From positions 62,001 through 126,000 of the forward strand of contig AP026154.1 of assembly GCA_030295235.1 (NCBI GenBank): a stretch of 64,000 nt of DNA, written 5' to 3'. Under the pieces are notes generated by a model. It had not been told where the DNA came from, made no database searches, and was given only the letters and a program-made list of their open reading frames with translations. Made by a program: the position numbers and the translations under genes. Every line of letters begins with the position of its first letter. Position 1 is the first letter of the stretch. Positions 1-12,278 of this stretch are shown piece by piece. The DNA is from Fistulifera solaris (Eukaryota).

Positions 1-163
1 CGACAAGACACTTACTACTTGGAGACGCAACAACGCATGGCCCGCTCGTTTTCATTGGTTGGAAAGCCGAACAACGCTGTCCGACATGCAAGGGGGTTTG
101 GTCTCACTCGAGAGCCGCAAACGACATGTCATTTACTGGTTTTACAAGAGGTTAACCAAGAAT

Positions 164-922
164 TTAGCAATCAATCGCTTTAGGTTGAACGCGTGGTTGA
201 TAGAGTAGCAAATAAAGATGTTGTGCGAGCTTCTCTAATAAATCAAGCACAAGTTCGATACCCAATCCAATCCAGCGCCAGGCGGATCGATACTGGTGTC
301 TAAGAAACGGAAGCAACCAACAAATGTAGTGAAGAGACGTACATCCAAAGTAAATGAAACAGTTCCATGCTCTGGCTATTCTGACCGAATACTGAATCGA
401 AGCAACCGAATTCAACCAATGCGGAAGAGACAAACGGAGCTTGACAGAAAACACTAACACTTTTCAAACATTTGGATCTATGGCTTACTTTGCTCGAGAC
501 ACTGACTCCTTTTCAAATAACATGTGAGGACCGCCATCGTCGGGAACGGGAGGTAAATTCAAACTTTGAATGCTAGCTTCGGTCGACGAGATTTGATTGA
601 GGTTGTTGCTGGCGTCTTGATCGTCCATTCGTATGTCTTCATCGAATAGCAACTTGGGTTCCTCTTGCGGATCCGGTGCGGGAGTGAACAACCTGCTTAG
701 AATCGATTGCTTGCTTTGTGGCGTCGCCGATGACCGGAATGAAGCTGGATTCTTCCTTCTGTCGGTTTCTGGTGATATTTCGACCGTATCATTGCCTGCA
801 ATGTTAGTCGACGGAGTCATGGGAATATGAACGCTCGTAGTGATAGGTCCAGTAACAAGACCATGAAATAGACCTTTGGGTTCTTTCTCGGTTGCTTCGG
901 AAGAATGTGTCGGTTTCGACAT
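164..922 (-). CDS. Hypothetical protein, 2 exons (intron 381-488)
   Basis: ATG at 922 (MSKPTHS...). A GTAAG donor at 488 and a CAG acceptor at 381 join ORF 485..940 in frame to ORF 164..460 (...SRAK|IARAWNC...). Low-complexity N-terminus, hydrophobic C-terminal part. Confidence 0.45.
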
Positions 923-1322
923 GATCCTTTGATGCTGCAATGATCCGTTTTATTTTGTTGCGAAAGTGTGGTCGAAGTAGCGCAGCTGCTATACTTGTAT
1001 GATCTCAATAATATTATTGGTAAGCAGACTAAATTCATTTTCTTGAGTCAAAGAATTGGAGAGTTTGTACAATAGACAACCTCGATTTCGAACGAAAAAA
1101 GAGCGTCTTTCTTTCTTTGAAGCGAACCCGAGTTTTCAGTCACGTGATACGTGAGTCGTGGACTATGACGTAGTATATTGTTTGCCGATGACGTGTCGAC
1201 GTGTCTTTATTCTCATCGTTTCTAAACTTCGCACTTTTTTCGCACCTCAAAAAACGTTGCATAATCCTTTCTCATTGACACCTTTCTCGTTCCTATTCTT
1301 CCTCTTTCACACAAAACAAATA

Positions 1323-2643
1323 ATGATGTGGAGCTGTAACAACATCAAACTCTTTCGAAGAAGCGTTCTGCCGCTGCTTTTTGGACTTTTCAATGTTGTT
1401 AATTGCTTCGTTTTCATTCTTCCTCAACGGACGATCTGGTCTTCGAAAACGATTATTGCAACGACCAGTGTCCTTTTGTTGAGTAAAAGCAGCAACAACG
1501 ACCACGACGAAGAAGAAGACCGCATGCAACAACTCCGTAGTCTCTTGGAGACGTCGTGGAATCAATCTCTGATGGGAAATATACCGACAACACCCATGGC
1601 GGCCGCTCAAGAAATCGCCGACTGCTTCTTTACACATGAAAATGCGGGCGTCAGTATCATCGATTTGCAATTGCCGTCATTGGATTTACGACAGGGAGCA
1701 CGATGGTATGATGCCGTACTGGCGGCAGATGTGGCACATCTGCTCGTCGAGCGTCTCGTTCAGCGACAACGTGATAACAACGTTGATGCAAACGATACGA
1801 ACAAGCAAACTCCGTCTAGCAGTAAAAAAAGCGTTGTTATTGGTTCGAGATGAAGCGACCGTACGATCGATAGAACGAGTATGGGAAAAGAGAGCATTGT
1901 CGTTCACAGAGGACGATACGGAGGAGGAAGAAAATGATGAAGAAGAAGACGAACAGGAAATGAGTAACAATAATGAGGAAACGACAGTCTTATATGACGA
2001 CTTTGCGGATTTCGGGTTCTTAGAAAGCATTGCGGCAGTGGAATCATTATCAACATCAAGTCCTAACGCATCTGATTCTCAGCAAAAGCCACGAAAACGA
2101 AACACGGAAACGATCGATCGACGAAGAATCCAGTTGCAGAGTCTGTTTGGGGAGGCTATCATTTCGGAAGGAGCGGATATGGAGCAGAAGGTCATTCGGG
2201 CTTTGCAAAGCAATGTTGTGTCTTACTTGAAAGAACAGCAAGACGAAATCGACACTATCGCCATGATTGCACCGGTCACACGACCAGAAGTCATGGCCAT
2301 TTGTGCTCTCGTGCAAAAATACGCCAAAACCATGCGCATCATACTGATTAATCCGCATTTTGCCAAGCCCCGTCCAATGGAACTTCAGCATGCGAAAACA
2401 GTGTACAGCTTGCGACCGTTCCTTGTGCGTGCGAAAGACTCACGAAAAACATTGACAAAGATTGTCGTATTGAAGCGGAAACAAGAATGGGAGGTGTTCA
2501 TTTCCGATAGCGCAAGTGAACAATTTGAGCGATTGGCCGTGAATCGTCCCAAGGGAATAGACGCTATAGATGGTCCTTCAATGGAATGGGTTGCCGCTTG
2601 CGCACAGCAGTATCTACAACAGAAGAACGCGGAATCCCAGTAG
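1323..2643 (+). CDS. DUF1995-like protein with N-terminal signal/plastid-type presequence; frameshift at A7 1824-1830
   Basis: Hydrophobic leader (LLFGLFNVVNCF). Removing one A at 1824-1830 joins ORF 1158..1853 to ORF 1636..2643 (SSKK|ALLLVRDE). Motifs IDLQLP, IILINP and TVYSLRP resemble DUF1995. Confidence 0.55.
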
Positions 2644-3437
2644 GAGGATCGTTGCAATCGAATGTGTTGACATAGTATCAAAACACTCGAGGGAGCGTTC
2701 ATGGACGAGATCGCTACGTGTCATTCCGAAACCATGCACCGCCGTTTTCATGGGAGTCAAACCCACTAGTTCTGCTCGTCTTTCCTGATAACGCCCCAGA
2801 TGTCGCTGTTACTATACACTTTTGCGCCAATGAGATTTCGTCACAAAATTTCCGTTAAAACCGTTAAAACGGTTTTCCTTCGCTCAAATGCCTTACTCAT
2901 AACTTGGGATGGACTCACAGAGAAAGATTCTCATGGGGTGAGGTCGACGAAAGTCATCGACTCATGTATAACCAATGTAGCAAGTTGTTATCAGTAGCCC
3001 AAGGCCACCGAAATAAAGACTTCATGCAACAATGACATGAACCACGACCCTAGAATAAGGCTTTCAATTGTTTCTAGCGCTGTTCGACAAGCAACGGGGC
3101 AGGAATCACAAAAACATGAAGCCGCATCTAACTAAAGGTTCATTTCCACGACTGGATTTATCGAGTCGAGAGTTGGAAGAAGAGGTCGAGTGAAGAGTGT
3201 GTAAAAACATCTGTCCATCGTCCGCTTGAGAACCATAAGAACAAAATGAACCTCGTCGAACAACCACTTGTACATTGTACAACGTATAGAAAAGATACGC
3301 GCAACGTACCTGGTAGCGACGATACGACATGCGAGGCTTTGAATGATGATTTCTTTCGTTCAACGATAGAGTGTAGAACAAGAATTTGATAGACGAACGA
3401 CAATCATTCGAACGAAAGAAAACCTCAACAGCAGCTC

Positions 3438-4113
3438 ATGCGTGAAACATCCAGCACAGTCGATCGCACAAGCAACAACGATTCCGTGGCAATTCCCCCC
3501 GATTTACAATCTTCGGAATCGTTGTCCCTTATCTCCGGAGAACATGAATCGATGACCGCAAACAATAACAAGACCGACAAACTGAAGGCTTCTAAACCAA
3601 GTGTGGGCTTTTCCACCGTTCGAATACATCATCATCGATTGTCCTTAGGGGATCACCCGGATGTCTCTTCGTAAGTACAGTTGGAAGCAATTTGCGTTGT
3701 CTTTTTTTGTTTCGTTGCTGCTGCTTTTACGAGAATTAGGTCACTCATGTTTTCTTACTCGACATTATCCTCCCAGAGGAATTCCGTTGACACTCGCGTG
3801 GGAATATGATCAGTCGGAAACGCTTAAAGTCGACGACATCGTACACGAAAAGGATCAAGTGCAACCAAACCATAGCGCGCGTGTGCGTCGTATACCGCGA
3901 ACCCATCGTGAAGAAATTGCTGCCGAACGACATTCACGGGATAGTATTATCTTGGCCAAAGAACAGGTCCGAGAATTGCAAAGAAGCCGCGAAGAATCAC
4001 AGAGCGATCCGTTGTCGTGTAGCGAAGTATGTGCGGCAAAGAAGGCATCCAAAAAGAACCAACGTAGAGGGATTCTCGGGTTTTTATTCAGAAAAAGGAA
4101 AGGAGAGAAGTAG
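3438..4113 (+). CDS. Diatom-type hypothetical protein, 2 exons (intron 3671-3776)
   Basis: A GTAAGT donor at 3671 and CAG acceptor at 3776 give VGFSTVRI...LGDHPDVSS|GIPLTLAW, a motif typical of an expanded diatom family. Confidence 0.75.
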
Positions 4114-4382
4114 TCGCGGTATATTATATATACAGTTTATCATGTCTCATGTTGTAGGCTAGGTATTTTGTATCGAAAAGCATTGCATTATGTTGTCGAA
4201 ACTGAGTTGTAAAAATGTTCTACGCTGTATTTACGTTTAACGGTCCAGAAAAGGAATGAATAGAGAGGGCTTGCATTCTTTGTAACTCTGTCTACCCTGT
4301 GATCGTTAGGTAAATGCAAGGATTTTCACGCTCCACTCATGTCTATATTGTCAAACCGCACTCATAATTTATTCATCACCCT

Positions 4383-5309
4383 TTAAATGCGAGCACGGAG
4401 TCCACCCCGGTCCTCTCTCGGAAGACGTGGGTAATCTGTAGGACTTGTCACCTTTTTGCCGATAGTACAAACTCCTACGCACGCCGAATCTTCTCCACAG
4501 CATTCGTCATCACTCAAGCAAACCTCATTCATCGGCGTGCAAGATGTTTCAACGGGTAAAAAATTAGAGTCACCGCATCCGCAAGCTTCCAAGGCATTGA
4601 AGGCAAGTTCTGTGCAAATCGATTCGGGAACCAAACCTCTAGATCCTTGTTTTTGCAACAAGGCGCAGGTCGTCAAATCCGCTCCAGGAATCGGGGTACC
4701 GTTAGGATTTCCCATGACTGCGTCTCCGCAAAGGTTGCATACCGGATACGGACCGAACGACACGGTTGGAACAGAGGACGGAGCCAACGAAGGCGAATCA
4801 GAAGGCATATCGGAAGGAAGATCAGAAGGAGCGTCCGACGGAAAAAAGGAAGGGATATCTGACGGCATGTCCGAAGTTGCACCTATGAGTTGACAGTTGC
4901 ATCCCATCGTCTTTGTGAAATGTGCGAGTTCCGCGCAAGAAGATGCGGGCAAATTGGGAACGAGAGCAGCTTGTCTGAGACTTCCACACATGGAAGATTC
5001 GTCCTCATCCACAATTACGTAACCGGGAATTTCACAGACAGAGCAGAAGGCCTCTGCCGGTTCAAACGAATCGTCTTGGCAACCGCAACTTTCTTTCAGT
5101 GTCGATTGAAACTTGACACACATTGACTCTAGAATCTCCCCGGCGTCTCCCATCTCTTGTAAATCACCACAGGTTGTTGCCGTGGTTTGTTCGAAAGGGA
5201 ATCCATCCGGCTTTGTCATGACACCACTGCCACAAATTTTACACACGGGGAATGCCGCATGTGCCAAGGTTGGCAAGACGAAAAGGATATACAGTGAACT
5301 AATTCTCAT
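4383..5309 (-). CDS. Secreted Cys-rich protein with three CxxC...C...C...GC modules and PSDxPS repeats
   Basis: Signal peptide MRISSLYILFVLPTLAHA. Repeated FPVCKICG / FCSVCEI / YPVCNLCG modules. Linker SDMPSDIPS..PSDAPSDLPSDMPSDSPS. Small C-terminal C-C-CC-C-C domain. Confidence 0.85.
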   Translation of the reverse strand: MRISSLYILFVLPTLAHAAFPVCKICGSGVMTKPDGFPFEQTTATTCGDLQEMGDAGEILESMCVKFQSTLKESCGCQDDSFEPAEAFCSVCEIPGYVIVDEDESSMCGSLRQAALVPNLPASSCAELAHFTKTMGCNCQLIGATSDMPSDIPSFFPSDAPSDLPSDMPSDSPSLAPSSVPTVSFGPYPVCNLCGDAVMGNPNGTPIPGADLTTCALLQKQGSRGLVPESICTELAFNALEACGCGDSNFLPVETSCTPMNEVCLSDDECCGEDSACVGVCTIGKKVTSPTDYPRLPREDRGGLRARI

Positions 5310-5899
5310 GGTTGCTTCTTGTTTCTTTAAGAGTTGTTATGCTTCAAGTTGAATGGGTGGACTTCAAGCTCAATGTAAACCATCTTTTTCTTTTTTCTTT
5401 CATCGTTTGTTGTTCTTGGCGAGATGCTTCGCTGAAAAAGAAAATGTGAGATGGCGTCTGTACCGAAAACGATCGAAGTTTAACCGTTATAACGGTATTC
5501 TTATGTATGAAAGAAAATTATTTCGTTAAATAGGAAATACGTACCGGTATCCAAAGGATCCACTAACTCGAGTAGGCCATAGAGTGCATTAAAGTGATAG
5601 TGCGACGACAGACGACAATGACGACCTCCTCCTCCTCCTCCTCTTTTCTCACTCGTTCTCGCGCCATTCATGACTGACCTCCAAAATTATGGACTTTTGG
5701 TGAAACGACGGTAAAAAGATCGAGATCATTCTCCATCAAAGACGAAACAGTCGCAAGCGGACCGGGGACGAGACGACCAAGTAAAGGAAAGCTGTGTAAG
5801 TCGTTGGGCCTATCTGAAGAAAGGAGAAATGCGGAAATTGAAGCTGTTGCAACGTTCGCTACAGGACAAAGATGAGCTCCTGTGAGGTGCACGGTTGAC

Positions 5900-7258
5900 G
5901 GCCGCCGAACAGCAACAACTAGCTATCAACAAGGAGATTTAAACTTGACTAGAGAGTGATCAGAGAAAGACGACTCGTCAAACGACAAATTGTATGAACT
6001 TCCCCAGGAAATGAGTTGAAAGCAGACGAAAGCCGACCAGGTTCACGCTTTTTTTGACCTCACGATAACTTGAAGCGACTAAAGAAAAGTCAGAACAGGA
6101 GCTCTGGGAGGAATTGCAGACTACACAGGCAGTCGGTTTGATTCACGCAAAGAAGAAGACGAACACAGTGGAAGAAAACGAGTACGAACTGGTGTTAGAG
6201 GATCGAATGGACTTTTTTTTTATGCAGGAGACAAAGAAAGGCCATGATCCTAGGAACAAGGAAGGCAATGATTCATTTGAAGAAGAAGCCACCAACGTCA
6301 AGAAACGAGTTGAGTGCGGCTGCTTACAAATTATTGTCAGGGAAGGAGAAAAACTCCAGTATAGCCATATTGAGAAGAATTTTTGGCCGCGGTCAAAGCC
6401 GATCAAAATTTGATTTTATTTGGAGAGACTGGGTTAGAAAAAACGACTCTTAATACCTCAATCTTTGAACGAAATCGGCTACAGCGAACTGAGAAAGATT
6501 GGGTGCACTCAACCGTGGAGAGTTGCAGCAATTATTGAGCGTAGCTGCTCGATGCCGAGAACTTCTCAAAATACTTTGACGGCGCCAGGACCGTCGAATG
6601 GCTGAATTCCCTCTTGGCGTCACTCTCAGTAAATCTGTCATAGCATCTGAAAAATGTAGGTGCACGTCAGAGATTCTGTCGATGGTGGCCAGGTTGTCGC
6701 TTGGACTGTCCGTCGTTTATCGTCCCCAAAAAGCGGTGCACGCCGATACGGCTCGACTTGACTTCTCTCTAAAAAAGTTGACCATGCTACCGTTATAGGG
6801 TGCATCGGATTGCAACCAAACATGGCGTTTCGAAGATTACGTGCCGGTTTGAGGCACTAAATGGCCCGGTATATTTGTGAGCAACTGGAGGGATCATGCG
6901 ATAAAGGTGAAAATGACAAACACTATATTTGTTATGACGACAATATGATCCAAATTCTGAAATTGGTCATGCTTGCCTTCTCCTACAACATTGCCAAGCT
7001 GGGTCGAATAGGTTTATATCAGACAGTGAAGCAGAACAAGGCGGTGTGTATTCACCCTGGCAGCTTTCTCGCAAAAGAGGAGAATCCCCCGGCTTGGCTT
7101 GTATACGTCGAGTTGGTTCTCACTTCGAAAAAATACTTCCGCCAGGTCGCTCCGATTTTATCCGGTTGGCTTGTTGAATAGCCTCTCATTAATACCAAGA
7201 AAGTGACGCGGAAGACTCGAAGGCAAAAAAGATACCAAAACCAATTCTGCTTTCAAAT
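5900..7258 (+). pseudogene. DHX16: Degenerate DEAH-box splicing helicase (DHX16/Prp2-like) lacking the RecA core
   Basis: Ordered fragments: EQELWEE...YELVLEDRMDF (N-terminal region); LGALNRGEL and MAEFPLGVTLSKSVIASEK...YRPQKAVHADTAR (HA2); YQTVKQNKAVCIHPGS...LVYVELVLTSKKYFRQV...WLVE (OB-fold). Many stops and shifts, and no GKT or DEAH motif. Confidence 0.8.
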
Positions 7259-7320
7259 TGGGAGTAGGCGATTGAAATAAGTACTCTCCTCCAAGAGCTG
7301 AACTTCGTTTCGATCCCCCA

Positions 7321-8802
7321 TTAATGCTGACATTTCCAATTCAGTAGCATTTGAGCTTTCTCCCGATCTAGAAACCGAGAAGCGTGCATTCCGTCGCTAA
7401 AGCAGTCTGGCCAGTCACCACCGTTTGCTCGAATTTCACTCTCCTTACGAGCACAGGCGCTGCCAATGTGGTAGGCGTCTAAAACAGGAAATCCCTTACT
7501 TCTCATAATATCCGCCATGGTGTTCATTTCGTAGTTCATGTCTTCGGGAAGCTGGAAATGCCGAAATTGTTCAGGTATACGGTTGTTACCCACACGAGAT
7601 TGATATTATTTTCTGTGGCCCAGGATGCAAATTTCTCAGCGTTCTTGATGAGATCTTTGCCCAATTCCCTCACGACAGGGGCGAACATCCGCCTCCGCCT
7701 TCGAATCGTGGACGTGGTGACCCATAATGACGGTGTCGTACGAATTCTGGGAAAGCAGTCTCTGCAAGTAGCTCTTATCTTCACCTTTCTCACGAGTGAA
7801 AATTTGTCTTGCATCACGACATTCTTCCCCTCTTACCTCTGCTCTGTCATCAAGACCAGCCCGAAAGGAAGAAGCGCACCACGACGCGTCGATTGTAATG
7901 TTATAAACTACCGTTACATTGCTTTCCAAGCGACGCAAATCAAAGTCTTTCCGAGCTTCATTAATGTTTCGCGCGGACAAACAGCTCCAGTAATGACCCA
8001 CACCCGTAACATTCATATCGCGATGGCCCTTGGGAATAAAGTAACAGCCTCCTTGAACACCGATTTTGCTGTGGTCATTCATCCGTGCGTACATTGCGTT
8101 TGGTAGGAATTGATCAACTTCGTCCCAGCTTATATTTGTCGGAAAGTCCTGCCACTTTTGGTAGCCATCCCAGCGATGATAGTCATGCTGGTTATTTCCA
8201 ACAAGAACGTCCATGATCGCTCTCCAAAAGTTGCGCATGTGAGAATCGCCGATCATAAGAATGCGTTGATTGCGTAAGCATTGGGCCGCTTGTTGTGAAG
8301 AAAAGCGCTTTAGCTCCACCCCGGCGGGTATCGATAATGGTTCTTTCGATTGACGTTCATTGCTGCAATGAGTGTCGTGGTCTTTACAAGAAGTAGCAAT
8401 TGGAAGTAAGGATTTTGGTACAAAACGAAGAGGTTCGAGTGACGAATGATCGTTACAGCCCTCAGTGTTCGAATCGGCTTGAAAATGGACGAGTTTCTTT
8501 TTCCGTCCTTGTTGCCCGTAGACGACGTTGAGCGAAGAGAATGCACTCGTAGTCAAATTATCTCCATCCTCTTCACCACAATAAACCCATTCGCCGTCAA
8601 CGTAGTAGGAAAGACTTTTCAGCAGTTCCTCAGGCTCGGTGGAAACATTCTTTACGGCGTCGTAGGTGACCGAATCCCTGACCATATTGTCGCCAAGATC
8701 AGAAAACCTCATTAGTGACGTAAATGAAACGAACATAGTTCCCAAAGAAAGCAGACGGAACATCGAGACGGTGACGATTTTCTTCGCGCCGAGCATGTTC
8801 AC
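7321..8802 (-). CDS. Type II membrane SGNH/PC-esterase (TBL-like O-acetyltransferase/esterase); two compensating frameshifts near 7668 and 7590
   Basis: N-terminal TM segment, CLRNQRILMIGDSHMR (GDS motif) and C-terminal DGMH (DxxH). ORFs 7636..8802, 7536..7817 and 7321..7593 join by one +1 and one -1 indel. Confidence 0.75.
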
Positions 8803-9214
8803 GTTAAATCACAGACCGTTGTTTTTGGGGGCAAAAGTAAGTTCGATCAGCGAGAAATGAGGAGAAGACGAAGAGCGACGATTGATTTGATTCTTGACAA
8901 GCCGTCAACAACCACAATCAACTGTTTTCTACGTCGTCAATTGTTGAAGCGATAACCAGATTCTGAATTACCGCTTTGTAATGACAAATCGATAGCCGAT
9001 AATCGATAGCGAACGATTCAACGATTTACGTCATATTATTACAAAGTATGGTCATGTGAAAATTAAAAAAAAAACAAATGAAAAATGACCGAAGACAGAA
9101 ATTCGCCATGACTTCTTCATTTTGGCCTTTTCCCGCCTTGTAGTCGTCCGTCGTATGTCGTATATGTCATAATATGTAGTGTGTCGTGTGTCATCGCGAT
9201 AGAGCTTGCAGTCA

Positions 9215-9621
9215 TTCCGTGGTCTTTTGGAGCTCTGACGGAAAGAGATCACGCCGTTTATGTTGCAAGGAAATCATTTGTCGTATGGTGGCGAGCCGGT
9301 GGATGTCCCTTTGGATTTTGACCTGGAAGTGAGAGCGAAGGGCATAGAATTTAAAGGGATCCTTGTCCGGGTTGGGGGAACGACAGCACAAGTTTAGAGT
9401 ATCTTGTGGCGATATGGGCTGTGTTACTCACGGCGACACATCCTTAGAAACGAGTGCTGTGGCATCTATTTCTCTAGATGAACCAACACCGCTCTTAGTA
9501 AACCGCCCCCGCAATGAGAGTAAATGAAGCGACATCAATGGAAGTCATTTCCGCGTTGCATACAACATCTCTGGTTGCTCTTTCGGCGACATTTATCGGT
9601 CTGTCCACAATCCTCATATAA
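9215..9621 (+). pseudogene. Decayed Reeler-like paralog
   Basis: Translates to PVDVPLDFDLEVRAKGIEFKGILVRVGG, then a stop and deletion, then CGDMGCVTHGD...ISLDEP and a hydrophobic tail LVALSATFIGLSTILI*. It matches the gene at 10390. Confidence 0.8.
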
Positions 9622-10389
9622 CTTCAATTGTAACTTGATAAGTCGATCTTAAATAATCAAGGTAGACGGTAATTGATAGAATTTCTCCGTCAAACTCGTC
9701 AAGAACGACCTTCTGAAGCGCGGATCATTATTTGGTGATATCCGAGCATCGGGCGAAGTGTCGAGCTCAAGATCTTTCAAAGCACGTTTACCGCATGTTG
9801 TTCTTTTCGACACAGTATTCTCTCCGATTCTATCTTGGTCGTCATGAACGATTTGGTCATAAGATTCATCTCTTTCAAGCCGGATGCCAAAAAAGCCGCC
9901 TGTAACTGTAGAAATTTCATACGTAGTGGAAGGGCCACCAATATTTTTGAGAAAGAAACCAATCATTCGGCAACGTTCTCATCGGGTTTCCAATCCTTTG
10001 CGATCATCCTAGCCGATCATACAAGCCTTCGATTTCGATAGAGGAATCCAGATGTAACCAATAACGATTTATGACAAATGTACGAAGAAAATGATGATTC
10101 ATTCCTCGTTCTTCGCCTTATGGATTTGAAAAAAAGTGCGCGGGTGTGACGATTGAACGACGGCAGCCAATAAAAAGGGTTTTATGCTTCGACTGTGAAT
10201 CTTTTTGTACCTAAAAGGTACAGAACACGCCAGCTTGTACTGTATTCGCGTAGACATGCTGCGCGCTTTCGTTTTAGTAGATGGATGAGGTGATTAAAAG
10301 CGCAAAGCGCATTAACACACCAATAAAGCAAGACTCCTCATCACAAACCGAATCTTTCCTTTCATTTTCCTCGAATAATTATTCTCAAC

Positions 10390-11179
10390 ATGAAATTCTT
10401 CGCTATCGTTCTCGCAAGCATCCTTTCACAAGCAGCCGCGAATCCTTCGGGTGCCGGAGCTTGCCCAGGCACGTAATTTAACCTTCTTTGCCGTGCTACT
10501 TCCGTCGTCATTACTCGTCGCTCATTCATGCATTCATTTCTTTCTTTTGCTAAACTCCAGCTGGCGCTGCCGCTCCTGGAGGTCCTCATCTTACTGGAAG
10601 CCCGGGTTTGGTAGGAGAATTGTCCGAAGGAAATTATGTTGTCAGTGTCGGGGGTTCACCCATCGTCCTCGATGGCACTCCTATCGACGTCCCTCTGGAT
10701 TTTGATATTCAAGTCACGGCAGATGGCACGGAGTTTAAAGGAATCCTCATTCGCGTTGGTGGTGCCGGCGTCGATCAAGTCACCTCGTCCGATCTCACCG
10801 CGCCCGCCGAAGCTTGTGGAGATGTTGGGTCCGTTACACACAGCGATAACTCCCCCAAGACAGTTGGAACGGCCTCTGTCTCTCTAGATGCGGCTGCTAC
10901 TCTTGATGTCGACATTTCGGTCGTTTTGGAAAATGAAGACAATGTCAGTACATTCTATTACTCTGCCTTTCAAATCAATGCAGTCGACGATTCAACTCCC
11001 GTTGAGACAGATGCGCCCGTTGAGGAAACAACCGAGGCGCCTATGGAAGGAGAGACGACAGAACCCCGGCCATGACACCTGTCGAGAATGGTGTACCGGT
11101 TGCCCCGCCGACTTCGAATGCGATGGCTATCGGAGGTGTTGTAGGAATGTTGGCTGGCGTTGTTGCCCTTTTCCCTTGA
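10390..11179 (+). CDS. Secreted Reeler-like domain protein with Pro/Thr stalk and GPI-like tail; GC-AG intron 10469-10560; frameshift near 11064
   Basis: Signal peptide MKFFAIVLASILSQAAA. Reeler hallmarks C...P.H, FKGILI, C..VGSVTHS..K and ISVV. A one-base insertion near C4 11064-11067 restores the tail TSNAMAIGGVVGMLAGVVALFP*. Confidence 0.8.
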
Positions 11180-12112
11180 ATTAAAAAAGTAACATAGTTC
11201 AGATCATTGCTCGTCTCCTTTCATCTCTACTTCTTTCATAATCGTACCCTCGTTGTCCTGGTAAGAAAAAAAGTACGCAATTTTCTTCCAAAGCCTTTCT
11301 TCATCTCTCAAACGTTACCTTCTAAGATGGAATGGCGGCTTCTGGTTGCATTCATCAAACCTCCAAGATGTTATTAGGAAATTCTTTCGTCCTCTTTTGC
11401 TTTTCTCTAAACGTTGCTCTTGTTGCCTTGTTTCCAGTTAACCATGAAATAATGAGCGTAGTCACGGGTGGACGTTGGACCCACCACCGTACCTTGCGTC
11501 TTTTTTCTTCGTGCCCCTAACCCATCAGCAGTATTAAAACTGACGTCATCCGCAACATTATTTTTGTCTTTTGTCGAAATTATTTCCTGATTTCTTCGAG
11601 TCTATCATCTATTTGTCTACTGGGCTACGGGGTGGTTGCTAGTAGACTGTTTCCTTTCCTATCCTTGCTCCTTGCGGATTGTCAATTGTCAAAGGCCTAA
11701 ATCCACTAAATTACTCCGTACTTCTTATTTGATGATAGCTTAATACTTAACGTTGTAAACCTTATTTGGTATAGAACAGTAAAAAAAATACACTGTAGAA
11801 GAAGGTGACACTCCATGTGTTTAATAGTATCAATCAAGAGACTTTAATCACACACGTACAATACAATTTTTACAATGCAAGAAAAATGGTACAGCACAAG
11901 CGGAAGCGCAACAAGTAATTGGGTTCTCGTTTTCGAAATGCGAAATGCTTCAGCTTCCTATTTGATCCTGCTGAAACTTTTTCGGCGAAACTCCGAGCTT
12001 TTTCCTTTTTGCCACGATTTCGAGCAAATGCCGATCGCCATTCTAGAAATCAACCCTTCAAAATCGAATTTTTTCTCTTCTCACCTTTTGCCAGAAATTC
12101 AAACTTAAGGCC

Positions 12113-12278
12113 ATGAAGTTCTTTTCCATCTTTCTCGCAACATTAATCTCACAGGCAACAGCATCTCCAGATGGAGCTTCCGCGTGCCCTGCTGGCGCTG
12201 CCGCTCCTGGAGGATCGCATCTTGATACCATGCCGGGTTTGGTAGGAGAATTGTCCGAAGGAAATTATGTTGTCAGTG
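12113..12278 (+). pseudogene. Truncated, intronless 5' copy of the Reeler-like gene
   Basis: MKFFSIFLATLISQATASPDGASACPAGAAAPGGSHL...PGLVGELSEGNYVVS. Its 3' part is identical in DNA to the 10390 gene. Similarity ends abruptly at about 12278. Confidence 0.8.

Noticed and set aside
7590..7680. An intron explaining the stops in the SGNH-like gene
   Set aside because: I found no GT-AG pair that removes both in-frame stops, and the alternative frame reads as plausible protein.
9649..9966. 105-aa minus-strand ORF inside the Reeler array
   Set aside because: No recognisable motif. It could be a gene fragment but I cannot support it.
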